Source: Eledone cirrhosa (lineage: Eukaryota). Taken from it: 64,000 bases of DNA. Shown here one piece after another: positions 41,188 to 55,939 of the stretch (positions are counted from its first letter, which is position 1; each line of letters begins with the position of its first letter). The translations under genes and the position numbers were made by a program. The stretch lies in contig OZ024744.1 in assembly GCA_964016885.1 (NCBI GenBank), positions 87,916,001 through 87,980,000 on the forward strand. The letters are read 5' to 3'. The notes beneath the pieces were generated by a model. The model was not told the origin of the DNA and searched no databases. It saw only the letters and a program-made list of their open reading frames with translations.

Positions 41188-41362
41188 TTTCGATACTTAC
41201 ATCCTACCAGTTGTGTTATATGGTCTTGACTGTGTAAATTGGTCGACAAGGTCACTTCAGAAGCTCTCTACATTCCAGAACTATATCATGAGATTTTTGA
41301 CTGGCAAGCGGCTCAGCGACCGTATCTGTATCAGCGAGCTGCTCAACATTATCAAACTTTGA
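41188..41362 (+). mobile_element. short LINE RT-thumb fragment in the opposite orientation
   Basis: FDTYILPVVLYGLDCVNW...L..FQN..MR. Confidence 0.6.
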
Positions 41363-41759
41363 ACAATTACTATGGGGTACACAGTTCTAACATTTTGGTT
41401 GTTGGCACAGTTAGTACATACTCTTTAGCGAAGATTTGTTGAGGAAGATATGATTGATAATAGAATGAAATATTCTTCTTTATTTTCATGGCCAATGCCA
41501 GAGCAATGTCAAGCATGTGCTATGTAGTAAATGATGGATAGCCTTTTCAGAGAAATTGGAGACTACTACCCAATCAAATTTAAACATTTAGAAATAAAAT
41601 TCGTTTAAAAATACATAATAAAAGCCGCGAAAAATTACAAAATTGAGGCCGTAATGACTTATAAGGTCAGTCTTTTAACGTAACGTCATACGTATTTAGC
41701 TCCGACATAGATTAAATTCATTGAGTGTTCTGTTTATTATGAATATTTTAGGCTGTGAT

Positions 41760-42370
41760 CACGTTACAGTTCTCTCAGTAGTATTATTAAAAAATATCAG
41801 CTCTTGTGTTAAAGCTAGTACTGTTACGTAACCTTTGCAAGATATTCATTCTTTCAAGGCTTTGCAAGATATTCATTCTTTCATCGATGCACAACTAATA
41901 GGCCACCACTCCAAATCCGTATGGCCTCGATTTGGAGATAACTTTCCATTCAATGGAGAAATTCATGTCAACCTCCTTGAGTGACCATACGTTGCTTGTC
42001 AACTTCGTCGAGGATCGCTTATTAGGGTGTCTAAAGGTCATTTGATGGTTAAGGAAGCGTTTTTTAAACCGGCTCTCCGACATGCCTACATATGTTTTGA
42101 CATCTCACTGTTGATTTGGCCGAGTGGATCTAACTTCAGCCTCATAGGCGACTGCGATTGTGTTACACTGTTGTTGAAGAAGGCATGATTCCGGATTTCT
42201 GGGTGGTGGAAATGTCTTTTAGTTGGTTGTTATGTGAGTTTTCATATTTTTAGCACAGGAATATCCGAGTTTCACCCTGTATCTATTAAATATAGATCTT
42301 TATTTATGCCCTATAGGGAAGTACTTGTCTAGAAGCGCTAAGAATGTCTTACCTACATTAGTTCTAAATC
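41760..42370 (-). mobile_element. Penelope-like element remnant (RT C-terminus and GIY-YIG endonuclease)
   Basis: TNVGKTFLALLDKYFP...IFNR..VKLGYSC..NM and YVGMSESRFKKRFLNHQMTFRH...STKLTSNVWSLK....SIEWKVI. Confidence 0.8.
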
Positions 42371-42614
42371 TATTTCTTTTTGGGGTTCTGCTGGTAATGT
42401 GATTAGGAGAGGAGAAATAAATGTTATCGAAGAAGCCACTGTTGGCTAATGCAGTGTTATAGCAAAGTGCCGCTTTGTCAAAATGACCTTGTTAGAACAA
42501 AGATTAGAAAGCCTAGTTCTGATGTTTTTGACGAAGTTATTAAAGAGCGAAAGTGGATGACGAGTCCTTGTGTATATAAGTTGATTTTTCATTAAGTTTG
42601 TGGAAAGTTCTGAA

Positions 42615-42683
<69 letters not shown>

Positions 42684-42761
42684 GGGTTCAATCGGAATTT
42701 TGAGTATCTTATTTACTGTGGTTAACCTTGATTGAACACATATCTTTATAGTTCTGTAGAA

Positions 42762-42886
<125 letters not shown>

Positions 42887-42990
42887 TCTTCTATATGATG
42901 TCAATGACGCTGACAATAGTTGTGATAGTTGTGTATCTATATAAATGTTCTGAAGGCTATGATTTTAATTACCTGTTTAAACATTCTCTA

Positions 42991-43037
42991 TGCTCCGATG
43001 ATTCTAGACATTTGTCTAGAAGAAACAATTGTCAGCA
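42991..43037 (+). ncRNA. minimal type I hammerhead motif (C at position 4)
   Basis: TGCT-CCGATGA-TTCTAGAC attt GTCTAGAA-GAAA-CAATTG-TC-AGCA. Confidence 0.75.
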
Positions 43038-44379
43038 ATTAAATGTATTAAACTAAGATTTGATTGTTTTATATTTTGTATCTCGGCTCTGTAATACTTT
43101 GAGCCTTTTCTCCTACCGGTAACCGCGACTAGTACTTAGTACTACTCAGCATATTTATAATTATGTATAAACCATATATAAGTATAAATATTAATATTAT
43201 TTTTATTTTTATTATATATATAGTGTACGTTATTTATATATATATATATATATATATAAAAGATCATTTCTAGACAGTACAGGATGTAATCTTGGTTGAT
43301 ATATATATACATATATTTACTATATCTTCATGGAACACATGCTTGTGTTCCTTACAATCACATGATTAATATAAATGGTGCGTTATATTCAGCAGCATGT
43401 GGGAAGAAACATAGTTGTGAAGGAAATTATTGCTTTTATTTTTTAAAAAACCGGTGAAATGTAGTAGTTGTCTATCGACAGTCGATCGACTTTCGTCAAA
43501 TCGGACCGAGGAAAAAATGTTTCCGTTGGTCTTTCCAGTTGCTAAAACTATCTATCGGTCGCAACTCCAGGTAAAAGAAACCACGTGAAATAAAGTGTCT
43601 TGCTCAAGGACATAATGCATCACCCGGTCCGGGAATCGAATTCACAACCTCATGATTGCGAATCCAATTCTCTAACCACTCAGCCATGCACCTACTAGGA
43701 ATAATATAGTTAACTAATAGCCAATCTTACTGGGCCCTGGACCTTATAGCGTGAGCAAAAGATGAGCCGTCAATAACTATACATAAGCAGCTGACAGAGC
43801 ATCTAGACGGCTATAACGGAAGATAAGTAACATGATTGATCACTTGTATCGATTCACATTGAACACAAGTTGAGGCTAGATCAATCCTCGTCGGGACATC
43901 TGGACGAAGTTTTATGTTGTAAAATCGAAACGCTAAATGATTCTAAGATACAGCACTGATGACGATCCCAAGGATTTGTATACGTGGACATATGATGAAC
44001 ACATACATACGTGTATATATATAATTTACTTAATACGCATAACATGAACTTTTGCTGCAATGTTGATTAAGCTATGATTTCTATCTCATTACATTGTTGA
44101 TCTCAATATGAATATATTTGAATGTCTATGAGGCGCTTTTAACAAGAGTTACACAGTATTTTCGTTATACTTGCCAATATTTTTCCGAACCTACTCTTGT
44201 TTTTACATAAGGTGTTAATATTAACCTCAATCATTAGAAATTTTTGTTATTTCTTTTAAACGATCAAACAGAATTCTATATATGTTCTGCCTTTCCTCTA
44301 ACGATCTGTTGTTAATCGATATATTTTACCAGCAGATTTCTGTTAAAGTTTCTCTTTGTTTTCTTCTGATGAAAGTATA

Positions 44380-44780
44380 GTAACAATTCAACCAATCTTA
44401 CTATATGGAAGTGAAAGATGGAAGCTTTCATCCAAACAACAAAAGCGCATTGATGGCACCTACACTCGCCTGCCTTCAGAACATAAGCTGGCAACATCTG
44501 ACTTTCAGAAAAATATATGCCAGCCTCCCACGTATATCTGTCGTTGTACGTAAAAGGAGAGTAAGATTTGTTGACCACTGCCATCGTACCACCTACGAAG
44601 CTGTGTCCCCCATTAGTGCTTTGGAAACCACAAGCAGTCACTAATAACATGGGGCACAATTTCTCCTATCCCGATGTCATCTCCAGAGATTCTGGTATTG
44701 AAATCCAGGACTTGGCAACGGCAATGAACGACAGACCCACGTGGAGATCAATTGTTGAGTCCATTTCGGCTGAGGCCGCC

Positions 44781-44871
<91 letters not shown>
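44380..44871 (+). mobile_element. RTE-type LINE 3' end with (GAT)n tail
   Basis: IQPILLYGSERWKL...IDGTYTRL, RRVRFVDHC, AMNDRPTWR; tail at 44782-44871. Confidence 0.8.
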
Positions 44872-45180
44872 AGGAACGCACAAGCAGCTTTCTTGCTCCA
44901 GGTACAAAACCACGAGCTTTTGTGGGACAAGTATATTAAATATCCTTTTTATTTTTAAATGTATATTTCCTCGAGTCGTTTTATCCATTATCATATTTCA
45001 TTGTATTGTTTATTTAAACATGATTTTATTCCAAGATTATCGAGCTCTTCACTAAAATAATGCTTTAAACAAAGAAAATATTTTGTAAAAAATTGCATGA
45101 CATGATAATTATTACTACATATGTGTGTGCGCATGTGTGTGCATTGTTGGTATATATGTATATATGTATACATGTATATA

Positions 45181-45254
<74 letters not shown>

Positions 45255-45259
<5 letters not shown>

Positions 45260-45450
45260 GTAGAACACTGGAAGTTAATATCCGTAGTGGTAGATCACTC
45301 AGTCCATGGAACGAGTTAGGTAGAAGTGGTTACACAACAGTTAGCTCACCATACCGAGAACAATTGTTTCACCTTACCGGATCCTCAGCTGAGGATCCGC
45401 TAAGGCGAAACAATTGTTCTCGGTATGGTGAACTAACTGCTGTGTTACTA

Positions 45451-45453
<3 letters not shown>
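45255..45453. repeat. hammerhead-bearing repeat folded back at the ribozyme core
   Basis: Palindrome 45325-45453 centred on TCCTCAG|CTGAGGA (45388/45389). Confidence 0.88.
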
Positions 45454-45514
<61 letters not shown>

Positions 45515-45599
45515 GTCTATACACACACACACACACATATATATATATAACGAAGGAAGTGTGGTAAGGAACTAGGTGGATCATTAGTACCCGATCTAG

Positions 45600-45706
45600 C
45601 TGTCGAAACGGCTGGAGCTCAGCCGTCGGTGTCCTGACTCTTTTCCTATATATATAGGAAAGAGTCAGGACCCCGACGGCAGAGCTCAAACCGTTTCAAC
45701 GGCTAT
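45600..45706. repeat. imperfect palindrome, homologous to ~39820-39870
   Basis: GAAACGG...GAGCTC...CCTGACTCTTT / AAAGAGTCAGG...GAGCTC...CCGTTTC around a (TA)n centre. Confidence 0.8.
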
Positions 45707-45777
45707 TTCCGTATATATATATATATATAATACCTGTGTGTGTGTGTGTGTATGTATACAAAGAGGTAGAGAGAGAG

Positions 45778-45875
<98 letters not shown>

Positions 45876-46514
45876 AAGAAGAGGAGATTAGAAACAGATA
45901 GAATAGAAAAGCAACCAGAGAGATCGGGTGGGTTACTGGATGTATATTGGCCGGGGATAAGTATGAAGAATAAGAAGCTAGAAGAAATTACACGACGAAG
46001 TTTCGAGATTATAAACGTTATGAACTAAACGCTGGCGTGTGAGGGTTATATGTGAAGAACAAGTGTTGGAAGAAAACAAAAATTTTATCTTTGATTTATC
46101 TGTATGTTTTTTTCATTTATTTCTATTTTATAAACCTTTATTCTTTTATTCTTATACTGGTTTCAGTCATTAGGCTGCGGCCATGTTTTTAGTGTGCTTA
46201 GGATTTTTTTTTTTTTGTTTCTTTTTTTTGTTGTGTGTTTTTGGTTTGAAATTTATTTTATTATATTCTAGGTTATGTTATGTTATGTTATGTTGTGATG
46301 TGTTGTGTTTTGTGTTGTGTTGTGTTGTGTTATGTTGTGTTGTGTTGTGTTGTGTTATTTATTTGTGTATTTATATTTACAGCTAATGTCTTCTCTAGAC
46401 CATCCGTCTCTTTTGCCTTAATAGCATTGCAGCCGGCTGTATGTACACAGGAAGTGTGTGTACGACAAACGTCTGTCGACTGAACAGCATATCGGTGTTG
46501 TTAGGAAAAGAAGA

Positions 46515-47180
46515 GTATTGTGTGTATGTACAGACGCGTGTGTGTATGTGTGCGTGTGCGTTTGCGTCTCTCTGTTGTGTGCGTTCCAGTGATTGTATGT
46601 GTGCGTGTGTGTTTGCGTCTCCGTGTATGTGTGCGATTCAGTGTGTGTATGTGTGCGTGTGTGTTTGCGTTTCTGTTTCAATGTGTGTATGCGTGCATGT
46701 GCGTTTAAGTGTGTCTATGTGTTTGTGTGCATTTCAGTGTGTGTATGTGTGCGTGTGTGTTTGCGTCCCTGTGTATGTGTACGTTTCAGTGTGTGTGTGT
46801 GTGTGCCTGTGTTTTTCAGTGTGTGTACGTGTGCGTGTGTGTATGTGTGCGCGTGTGTTTGCGTCTCTGTGTTTGTGTGCGTTTCAGTTGTGTATGTGTG
46901 AGTGTGTGTTTGCGTCTCTCTGTTTGTGTGCGTTTCAGTGTGTGTATGTGTTCGTGTTTATTTCAGTGTGTGTATGTGTGCGTGTGTGTTTGCGTCCCTG
47001 TGTATGTGTGCGTTTCAGTGTGTATATGTGTGCGTGTGTGTTGGCGTCTCTGTGTTTGTGTGCGTCTCAGTGCGTGCACGTGTGCGTTTCAATGCGTGTA
47101 TGTGTGCGTGTGTGTTTGCGTCTCTGTGTTTGTGTGCGTGTGTGTTTCAGTGTGTGTATGTGTGTCTGTGTATGTCTATT
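46515..47180. repeat. GT-rich degenerate minisatellite
   Basis: Recurrent TGTGTTTGCGTC...GCGTTTCAGTGTGTG unit. Confidence 0.85.
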
Positions 47181-47709
47181 TCTAAATCTGTATGAATCTA
47201 CGTATATCTGTGAGTCTTGTATTCAAATTGAGATAGAGAGATAAGGATATACATGTGAGTATTTATGTATACATACACATACATATGTGTATGGTGTGTG
47301 TATGTATGTATGAATAAATACACTGATGCATACGCACATATAGCATATACAGAGAGAGAGAGTGTGTGTGTGTAAAAGTGGGAGATGAAAAGTGTGCGCG
47401 TGTGTTAAAGAAGATGTGGGAGAGGGAGAAGTACAGAGATATATGTGTGAAATAGAACTCCGTCGGTTTCGACGATGAGTTTTCCTATTGTTCGAGCAAC
47501 GGGAATGCCTGATCATGAAATTAACGCTTAAGAGGCAGATTATTTTTGGAAGATGGGGAAAGATATCATCAAAGAGAGGAAGAGAAGGAGATAAACAAAA
47601 GTGAAAGATATCACAAATATTTATGAACAAAGGGCTTGTAGTCATAACCATCTTGTCTGTTTACATATCAGAAACCACATTTGCCAGTGTAACCTTTACA
47701 CACACACAC

Positions 47710-47742
<33 letters not shown>

Positions 47743-47746
47743 TACA

Positions 47747-47873
47747 GTTAAACCAGTGTTCTAAATAGCTTGCCAAGTCATGCTGTTAGCATGACTTGGC
47801 AAGCTATTTAGAACACTGGTTTAACCGCTTTACTTCCCTCCGAAGAAGAGATATAATCTCGAAAATTAAGGAA
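47747..47873. repeat. 79-bp hairpin followed by a hammerhead-like motif
   Basis: Palindrome 47747-47825; CCT-CCGAAGA-a GAGA tataa TCTC-GAAA-AT-TA-AGG at 47837-47871 (+). Confidence 0.7.
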
Positions 47874-48199
47874 ATTTAAATAAATCTAAGGTAAAAGACT
47901 AATTGTCAACAATATCTTTTGCATTTGCATTCTTTATTCTCTGTCCATACCTGCATTGTTTTGGCTTTATTATACATATACAAACGTTTATATATATATA
48001 TATATATATATATTTCGTTTCTGAATTTGTTTAGCAAGATTCTTTATCTGTAATCGTGTGTTGAAACCGATATTGTTATACTTTGGGAGGGTCATGTTGC
48101 CAATAAGAAACACACGCACCAGTTGCTTTCACTTCAATTTATTATATATTTATAAATTTATAAATTTACAAATCTACAAACTTATAAGTTTCTGGTTGG

Positions 48200-48762
48200 T
48201 TGGTTGGTTCCACAACCAGATAGTTGTTTATATATAGTCATAGTCCTTTCGTCACACACTCTGTGACCTCATCAGTGACTGGGGATTCCTTTCTTTGTTT
48301 CTGTGCCTTTCCTTTCTTCTGTCCTACGCCATTTTGTTTCTGTGTGTGTGTTGTGTGCTCAGTTTGCGCATGCGCCACATCCGGGTGTCTGTGTGTGTTT
48401 GTGTTCATTTATCTATTTGTTTATTTATTTACATGTTGTTGGTTGGTTGTTTGTTCTATGTGTGTGTGTGTTTTCATTTTGTCCTTAATTGTAAGTTGTG
48501 ATGTTGCTGTTCCACTCATATTTTCTATTTAATTTTGGTTGTAATTCTTTTATGCTTACTGCCTCTGTAATTTGCCTAAACATTGCATCTTTTCTGTGTG
48601 TGGATTCTATTTTTATTTCTATGTTCTCTAATTTACCCTTGTGTTCTATCTTAGCATGTTGGTAGAGTACAGATGATTCTTTATTATCTTGAAGGTCTCG
48701 CCAGTGTTCATTTATCCGTTCCATGGAACGGATAAATGAACACTGGCGAGACTTTCAAGATA
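48200..48762 (-). mobile_element. 5'-truncated Penelope-like element (GIY-YIG C-terminus, 3' UTR with hammerhead, terminal fold-back)
   Basis: ORF 48485-48724 ERINEH....SVLYQH...EH...RQITEAVSI....PKLNRKYEW; palindrome 48685-48762. Confidence 0.8.
48236..48280 (-). ncRNA. type I hammerhead motif in the 3' end of a Penelope-like element
   Basis: Minus strand AGTCA-CTGATGA-g GTCACA gagtg TGTGAC-GAAA-GGAC-TA-TGACT. Confidence 0.8.
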
Positions 48763-49886
48763 CAAGGACGATTTGTTAAGCCTTCATTATGTTTACTGAT
48801 TGGTGACGCGCGTTTTGCTATTGATCAGCTCAAGGTTTGATCTGTAGCGATCTGGCTAGATTCTGGGGAATCAAAATCTCTTCGGACCTCTGCTGTTGTA
48901 ATGACAGAATGAACATATACAGCATAGAAATGTCTGCAACGCTTCGCGTTCATATCATGGTCAGCTTATGTTGTTTTGATTGGTGGTTTAGTTACAAGGA
49001 ATGTTTTGCCACGAGTGAACGGTGGGGGAGTATGAGCATAGTGACGAGGTGGTGGTGGGGTGGGGGAGAGCGATGTTTGATGTGAAATGCGGGGTGTGGT
49101 GTTTTGGCTTATCATAGCGTGTACGTGCTGTGCGTGGTGTGGATGTGATAGGGCTGTACGTAATGGGACATGGAAGAGTGCGATGCTGTGTGTGTGTGTA
49201 TATATATATACATATATATGTATATATATATATATATTGCCAGCTCAGATCTGGCACAACACTCAACTGTGGATGTTCCATTTTGTCAAAGGAGGGACTT
49301 TATATGAGAAAATATGTTTTAAGCTGTTACAACACAACTTGGGCATGGAAACCCAATAGACGGGAAAAATTCGATAATTTTGCATATGGGGGATCGAGCA
49401 CACCTCTACCATTACATCAAAGTGAGACCAATCACCACCCCAGTCATTTTTAATCCATATCTTTCTCGTAAACAAAACCAATCATTTTACAAAGATTTAA
49501 ACAAATTTGAATTATGAAAGTATGTTAGCTTACTGTAAGCTGTTATAATTCAAGTTTTACTAAGGAAAAGTAATTCAACTACACACGGGAAAATGAGGAT
49601 CGAACAGACTACTTCTCTGTGCATGCAGAGAGATAATGAGCCGGAAGGAGATAAAAAATATATAAAGAGAGAGGGACTGTCGTTATTTCTTACGTATATA
49701 TTTCACATCGCTCTCTCTCATTTTCAGTTTTATTTATTTTAAGCAACAACTAGGATAATCATTGACAACAATAGCAAGAAGATATCAACCCTTTAAGGGT
49801 TAGTTGGAATCATATCAGTAGTACAACAGCAATAACACCAAGAACCTGTCTTTCTGTCTGTTTTTTCACCTAGCTAACCATCTGAC

Positions 49887-49995
<109 letters not shown>

Positions 49996-50448
49996 AAAAG
50001 GTAAACAGAAATAACAACGCAATCGGCACAGTATATGGAAGGAATATATTAGGTTAACGCTTGAAATAGCAGGAAGAGGGTCTCAACGTTTCAGACGCTA
50101 GTCCATCATCAGAAGCAAGAATGAGAAATTAGAAAGATAAGAGAAATTAGAGAAAAATAACAAGTCTAAGACCCCCTTCGGTCATGAGTGACCGTGCGTT
50201 TTATACCTAGAGATTGTTTGTGGAAGACCAACAGTCGTCCATGCATATTATTCTCCCCTCTTTCTTCCACCGATGTTGCCCAAGGTAAAGGCTAAGGCTG
50301 ACACAGCTTCGTACCAATGACATTGCAACCAATTTCTACAGCTGAGTAAACAGCTGTAGAAATGTGAAATAAAGTGTCTTGGTTATGAACACAACACAAC
50401 TTCACGATCGTAAGCCCGACGTTCTAACCACTAAGCAACACGCCTTCA

Positions 50449-50556
<108 letters not shown>

Positions 50557-51029
50557 GTGTGTGTGTGTGTGTGTTTGAGTAAGGAACAGACAGTGAAATG
50601 AAGAATAAAAGGTGAGGAGTGCAAGAATCAATGTAGGAAACGATGAGCTAAAGAGTTGTTCAAAGGTTGCCGTTGCTATTGTTGATGTTATTATTGTTGC
50701 AAGTGTTGTTTTTATTTAACACCCAAACGAACATTGAGTGAGCAGTCATGAGACCAAATATATATATTTCCCGCCGTGACCATGCTATCTATCGATTCCA
50801 ATACCTCTACTGTGTAACAAGACATTCTTCGTTATCCAGGCCTCTATCATCTAAATCGTGATGCTGTTGAAACCAGCCCCGTTATTTAGGCATTATGATG
50901 TTTCTAGATGATGATTTGCTCTCTGTTTTCAGCATTTATCTTCTTTTAGTAATCTTTTTGATATGTCTATAATGAAGTGTTTTCCGCCGCCCTCTTCGGG
51001 TCATGAATCACCACTCTATTCTCCTTTCT

Positions 51030-52010
51030 AAATCTAATGTCATCTATGTAGGATTTAGTTTATATAACAACAAATTCACTTCATCCCACCTCGACTGGTA
51101 GCAATATACATTCTCCTGCCCGAACCTCACCCGATTCCCCACACTTTTCTTTATATATTCATATACATTATTTCATAAGCCTATCTCATATTGCTTTGCC
51201 AAAGTGCTGTCAGAAAACAATCAAAGTTGTTTGCTTTTTTTCAAGTCAGACCTTGCCACAAGGTCATGGTGTTGTGTTGTTACAGCAACGTGGCTTAGGG
51301 AATAAATGTATCTTTATTTCTCTTAGTTCAATTTCTATTTCCAAATCATTAGCACCTTTCACAAGTGTATGTACTAACCTTTCTGTTTCATCTACCAATT
51401 TTCCTTTCTCACCTTCATCCCCACCATCTTGTAAAAGGCAAGAGGATTCAGCCTCGCATTGATTTTTCTTGCATTAACAATGCTGCATTGTTTTTGCAAT
51501 GCTTTAACAATGACACTCAAGCGTAATCTGCCAACAATGGCTTACATCCAAGCAGAATGTTTAAATATTTCTTAACCTCCACAGTAATGTTTATCTGCAA
51601 CATTGCTCCATCCCCACCGTAAAATATCGGCTGGGAATGACAGAACAACATACACTTTTCTCTAAAGGAATGGCTCATTTGTCCATAATCTGTTCCACGA
51701 CAGCTTATCCTCCACCATTCCGCTGTCTTCCAAGTTGTCCAAACACATGCTTCCAAATCTACTGATTGATTTGTACGCTACTCTTGCTAAGTGTGAATAA
51801 TTTCTTCTAGTACAATATCTCGCCTTCAATTTCTATTTTGATGGGATATTCATTTGTTCAATATTTCGCCGAGCTCTACCCATATGTATATCACATCTCA
51901 TTCTTAGTTCAGTTCCCTATTACCATTATTCAATATTGTACAATGTAAGTTTGGAGTATTTTTCCCTACATATTTTCTGTGTGAGAAACGTCGGTCATCA
52001 CCACTTGTGA
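51030..52010 (-). mobile_element. highly degraded RLE-LINE, Hero/NeSL-like
   Basis: Remnants resembling G.WT.W, LSW..LW, P.P.NL..WG, IL.GC and PVEVG..F. Confidence 0.45.
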
Positions 52011-52189
52011 CATACTTCCATATTATTGACGTTTGCTTACTTCGTTTCTATATTATCCAGAATGAAAATATCTTTTTCGAGACTTCTGCTCTCGTCCAGG
52101 GACAAACAAGACATTTTTGAGCTTTGAGCTCCAGAATTATGTGATGAGTAAGTTGTGACGTAACATACGAAGCAAATTGCATTCAATAG

Positions 52190-52365
52190 CAGTATCGGTA
52201 GAGGGTCGAACGCCATGCTTTGCAGTATAGTTACGTCCATTTATGGACTAAGTTCAAATCCCGCCGAGGTTAACTTTGACTTTCATCCTTACGGGGTCGA
52301 TAAAATAAAGTACCAGTAATGTACTGGGTGATTGCTGGCCTTGTGCCAAATGTAGAAACAATTAT
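52190..52365 (+). mobile_element. tRNA-derived SINE copy
   Basis: Matches the 1331 SINE. Confidence 0.88.
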
Positions 52366-52459
52366 TTTAATTGCTGTTAGTATTACATAACTGAACCTTA
52401 TCATATGGAGGTAAGTTACAGTTATGATGTGAGACAAATGCAATAGTCGTTTATACGCA

Positions 52460-52760
52460 AAACATTGAAACGATGGATCTTTATCGTCTAGATCGAAGTT
52501 TTCGTCGTCGAAGGAAAAACAAAGCATTCCAGGTACACTTGTTGTTTCAAGTAGCTCAAAAACCACTTTGCGCAGATAAGACAATTATCTTTTGTCCTCG
52601 AGGTATTAAGACACTTAAAAGGCGTCGAACTTTTGGCTACTACTGTAACCTCCCCCACCCCCATCAGCGGCTTCCAACTCTTTGCAATCTTTAAATCAGT
52701 ATACACTGCCTTTAAAGCAACAATTGCAGCATGCATGCCTTTTCAGTTGCTGAGTGAGTT
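52460..52760 (-). mobile_element. Tc1/mariner-superfamily transposase fragment
   Basis: HAAIVALKA..TDLKIAK (HTH-like) and CFSFDDENFDLD (first catalytic D region). Confidence 0.45.
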
Positions 52761-52882
52761 TTGATGTCTGTCATCATTTATCCCCAACGATAAGAATAAG
52801 ATAGAAAAATGTTTGAGCTGTTAAAAGGTTAAAAGATGTGGCTTCAAAAAACTGAGCAACGATATATATATATATATATATA

Positions 52883-53029
<147 letters not shown>

Positions 53030-53084
53030 ATTTAAAACTGCACTATCCACAAGTGTTTTTTAGCCTTCATATCATGTTCTCCTG

Positions 53085-53151
53085 TTTTATCTGATGAAAA
53101 CACAAATATTATTGCATGATGATGCTTGTTTTTGAAATGCGCATAATAAAA
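53085..53151 (+). ncRNA. type I hammerhead motif
   Basis: TTTTAT-CTGATGA-(36-nt stem II)-GAAA-TGCGCA-TA-ATAAAA. Confidence 0.72.
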
Positions 53152-53279
53152 TACATGGAACTCCTTTAACCATCTTTTGATCTTATATATTATGTATACT
53201 CCAGTCCTACAAACTGTAGAGTGCTTCTTATCCGATATCTGCATTGCTTTATTGTACTACAATAAAACTCACCTCCTAC

Positions 53280-53408
<129 letters not shown>

Positions 53409-53570
53409 AGTGTGAATTGTTCTCAACCGAATCAGTGATCATACTGAAGTCATGTCTATCACATCCATTTGAGCGATGGGCCAATCAACAGCGTTCAATA
53501 TACGTTCGATGATCAATAAAAACGTTTACAGTTAGACTTCGTCGTGTTTAAGATAAATGTATATATAAAA

Positions 53571-53603
<33 letters not shown>

Positions 53604-53803
53604 CATATATATATGTGCGTGTGTGCGTGTGTGTATATGTGTATGTATGTGTGTTTTTATACATGCATTTATGTGTGTATATAGGTATGTATATGGAATC
53701 TAAATAAACAAAACGGGACAAAGAAAAACAGACCTGTAAACAGAAAACACAACGATATTAACAAAATAAATAAATAAACACACACACATATATATATACA
53801 TGT

Positions 53804-53847
<44 letters not shown>

Positions 53848-53948
53848 GTGTGTGTATGTGTGTGTGTGTGTACGTATGTATATATATATATATATATGTA
53901 TGTATATATATATATGTATATATATATATGTATATATATATATATACA

Positions 53949-53990
<42 letters not shown>

Positions 53991-53993
53991 TAC

Positions 53994-54042
<49 letters not shown>

Positions 54043-54380
54043 AAAGAAAACAATACCTGAATCAAAAAACTAAGATGAATTAGAGTAGAACAAACAATAA
54101 GATTTTACACATGTTAGTAAAGCAGTAAAATGAATGAATGCAAGGAGTTGGTGCGTTTAAAAAATAAAAATAAAAAATGAAAAATAAAAATAAAAAAACA
54201 AACAGGGTATATCGTATAGCACCCATCTAAAAGTTTCAAAAGGCTATCTAAAAACATGTCTCACTTTTTGTCGGCTGGCTCATCTTACAGTTCTTCCTGG
54301 CCCATCAGAATCTATTAAAAGTGACAAGTTGAGATCTGTCTGAAAACACAGGAACGATGCAATCTACACGAAAAGCCCCC

Positions 54381-54451
<71 letters not shown>

Positions 54452-54641
54452 TAATAAAACAATGAAAAAAATATATAAAAGGAATTTTATTTTTTATTGT
54501 TTTATTTGTTTTTGTTATCTTCTATTTTATTTGTATATTTATTTTATGATTTTTTTTATTTTTTTTATTTTTTTTATTTTTTTTATTTTTACCAATTCTT
54601 GTGTGTATAAACATGCACACATAAAACACATATATGATATG

Positions 54642-54672
<31 letters not shown>

Positions 54673-54826
54673 GTATGTATATATATATATGTGTATACAG
54701 ATATGTATACATATGTATATATATACATATATATATATACATATATATATATGTATATATTTATATATATATATATATATGTGTACGTATATACATATGT
54801 ATGTATATATACATATATATGATATG

Positions 54827-54921
<95 letters not shown>

Positions 54922-54948
54922 GTATGTATATATATATATATGTTTATA

Positions 54949-54985
<37 letters not shown>

Positions 54986-55002
54986 GGAGACGGAATTACT
55001 TC

Positions 55003-55039
<37 letters not shown>

Positions 55040-55339
55040 CATATATACGTACGTGTGTATAAATATGTGCGCGCGCGTGTAAGGAGAGTGGAAAATGGCA
55101 GCGATTGTATACTTTAGTCATGTCATTTAGATGTGTGGTTGTTATTATAGTTATTCCTGCTTGTGTTGTTGTTGCTGTTGTTGTTGTTATCATTATTATT
55201 GTTGTTATTGTTTTTATTATTATTTATATATTTATCTATTTTATATATCATCTATGAGAGGTGTTATCCGGATTTCTGCGATTGTTTTCTAGTTTCCTTA
55301 TCGGTCATTGCTAGCATCAGATACAGATGGAATTCAGCC

Positions 55340-55341
55340 CA

Positions 55342-55373
<32 letters not shown>

Positions 55374-55672
55374 CTTCTTCTTCTTCTTCTTCTTCTTTTT
55401 TTTTTTTCTTCTTTTTCTTTTTCTTTTTTTCTTTTTTTCTTATTTTTCTTTTTCTTCTTTTTTCTTTTTCTTCTTTTTCTTTTTCGTTTTCTTTTTCTTT
55501 TTCTCTTTCTTTTTCTTTTTCTCTTTCTTTTTCTTTTTCTTTTTCTTTTTCTTTTTCTTTTTCTTTTTCTTTTCTTTTTTCTTTCTTTTTTTCTTTTTCA
55601 TTTTCTTTTTTCTTCTCACTATTTTTATTTTGTCGATTTTCATATCGCTTTCCCCGTCGGCATACCCCGCCC

Positions 55673-55755
<83 letters not shown>

Positions 55756-55850
55756 TCTCTCTCTCTCTCCCTCTCTCTCTCCCTCCCTCTCTCTCTCTCT
55801 CCCCCCTCTCTCTCTCTCTGTATATATATATATATATATATATAGATATA
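55340..55850. repeat. (TTC)n/(TTTTTC)n/(CT)n polypyrimidine tract
   Basis: Direct inspection. Confidence 0.95.
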
Positions 55851-55939
55851 TATGAATTTTTTAATTTTTCCAAAGTATATCCTCTATCCCGCACTGCCGC
55901 CTCATTGTATATAGGAGGTTTGTCAAAAAAGAAACAGGG

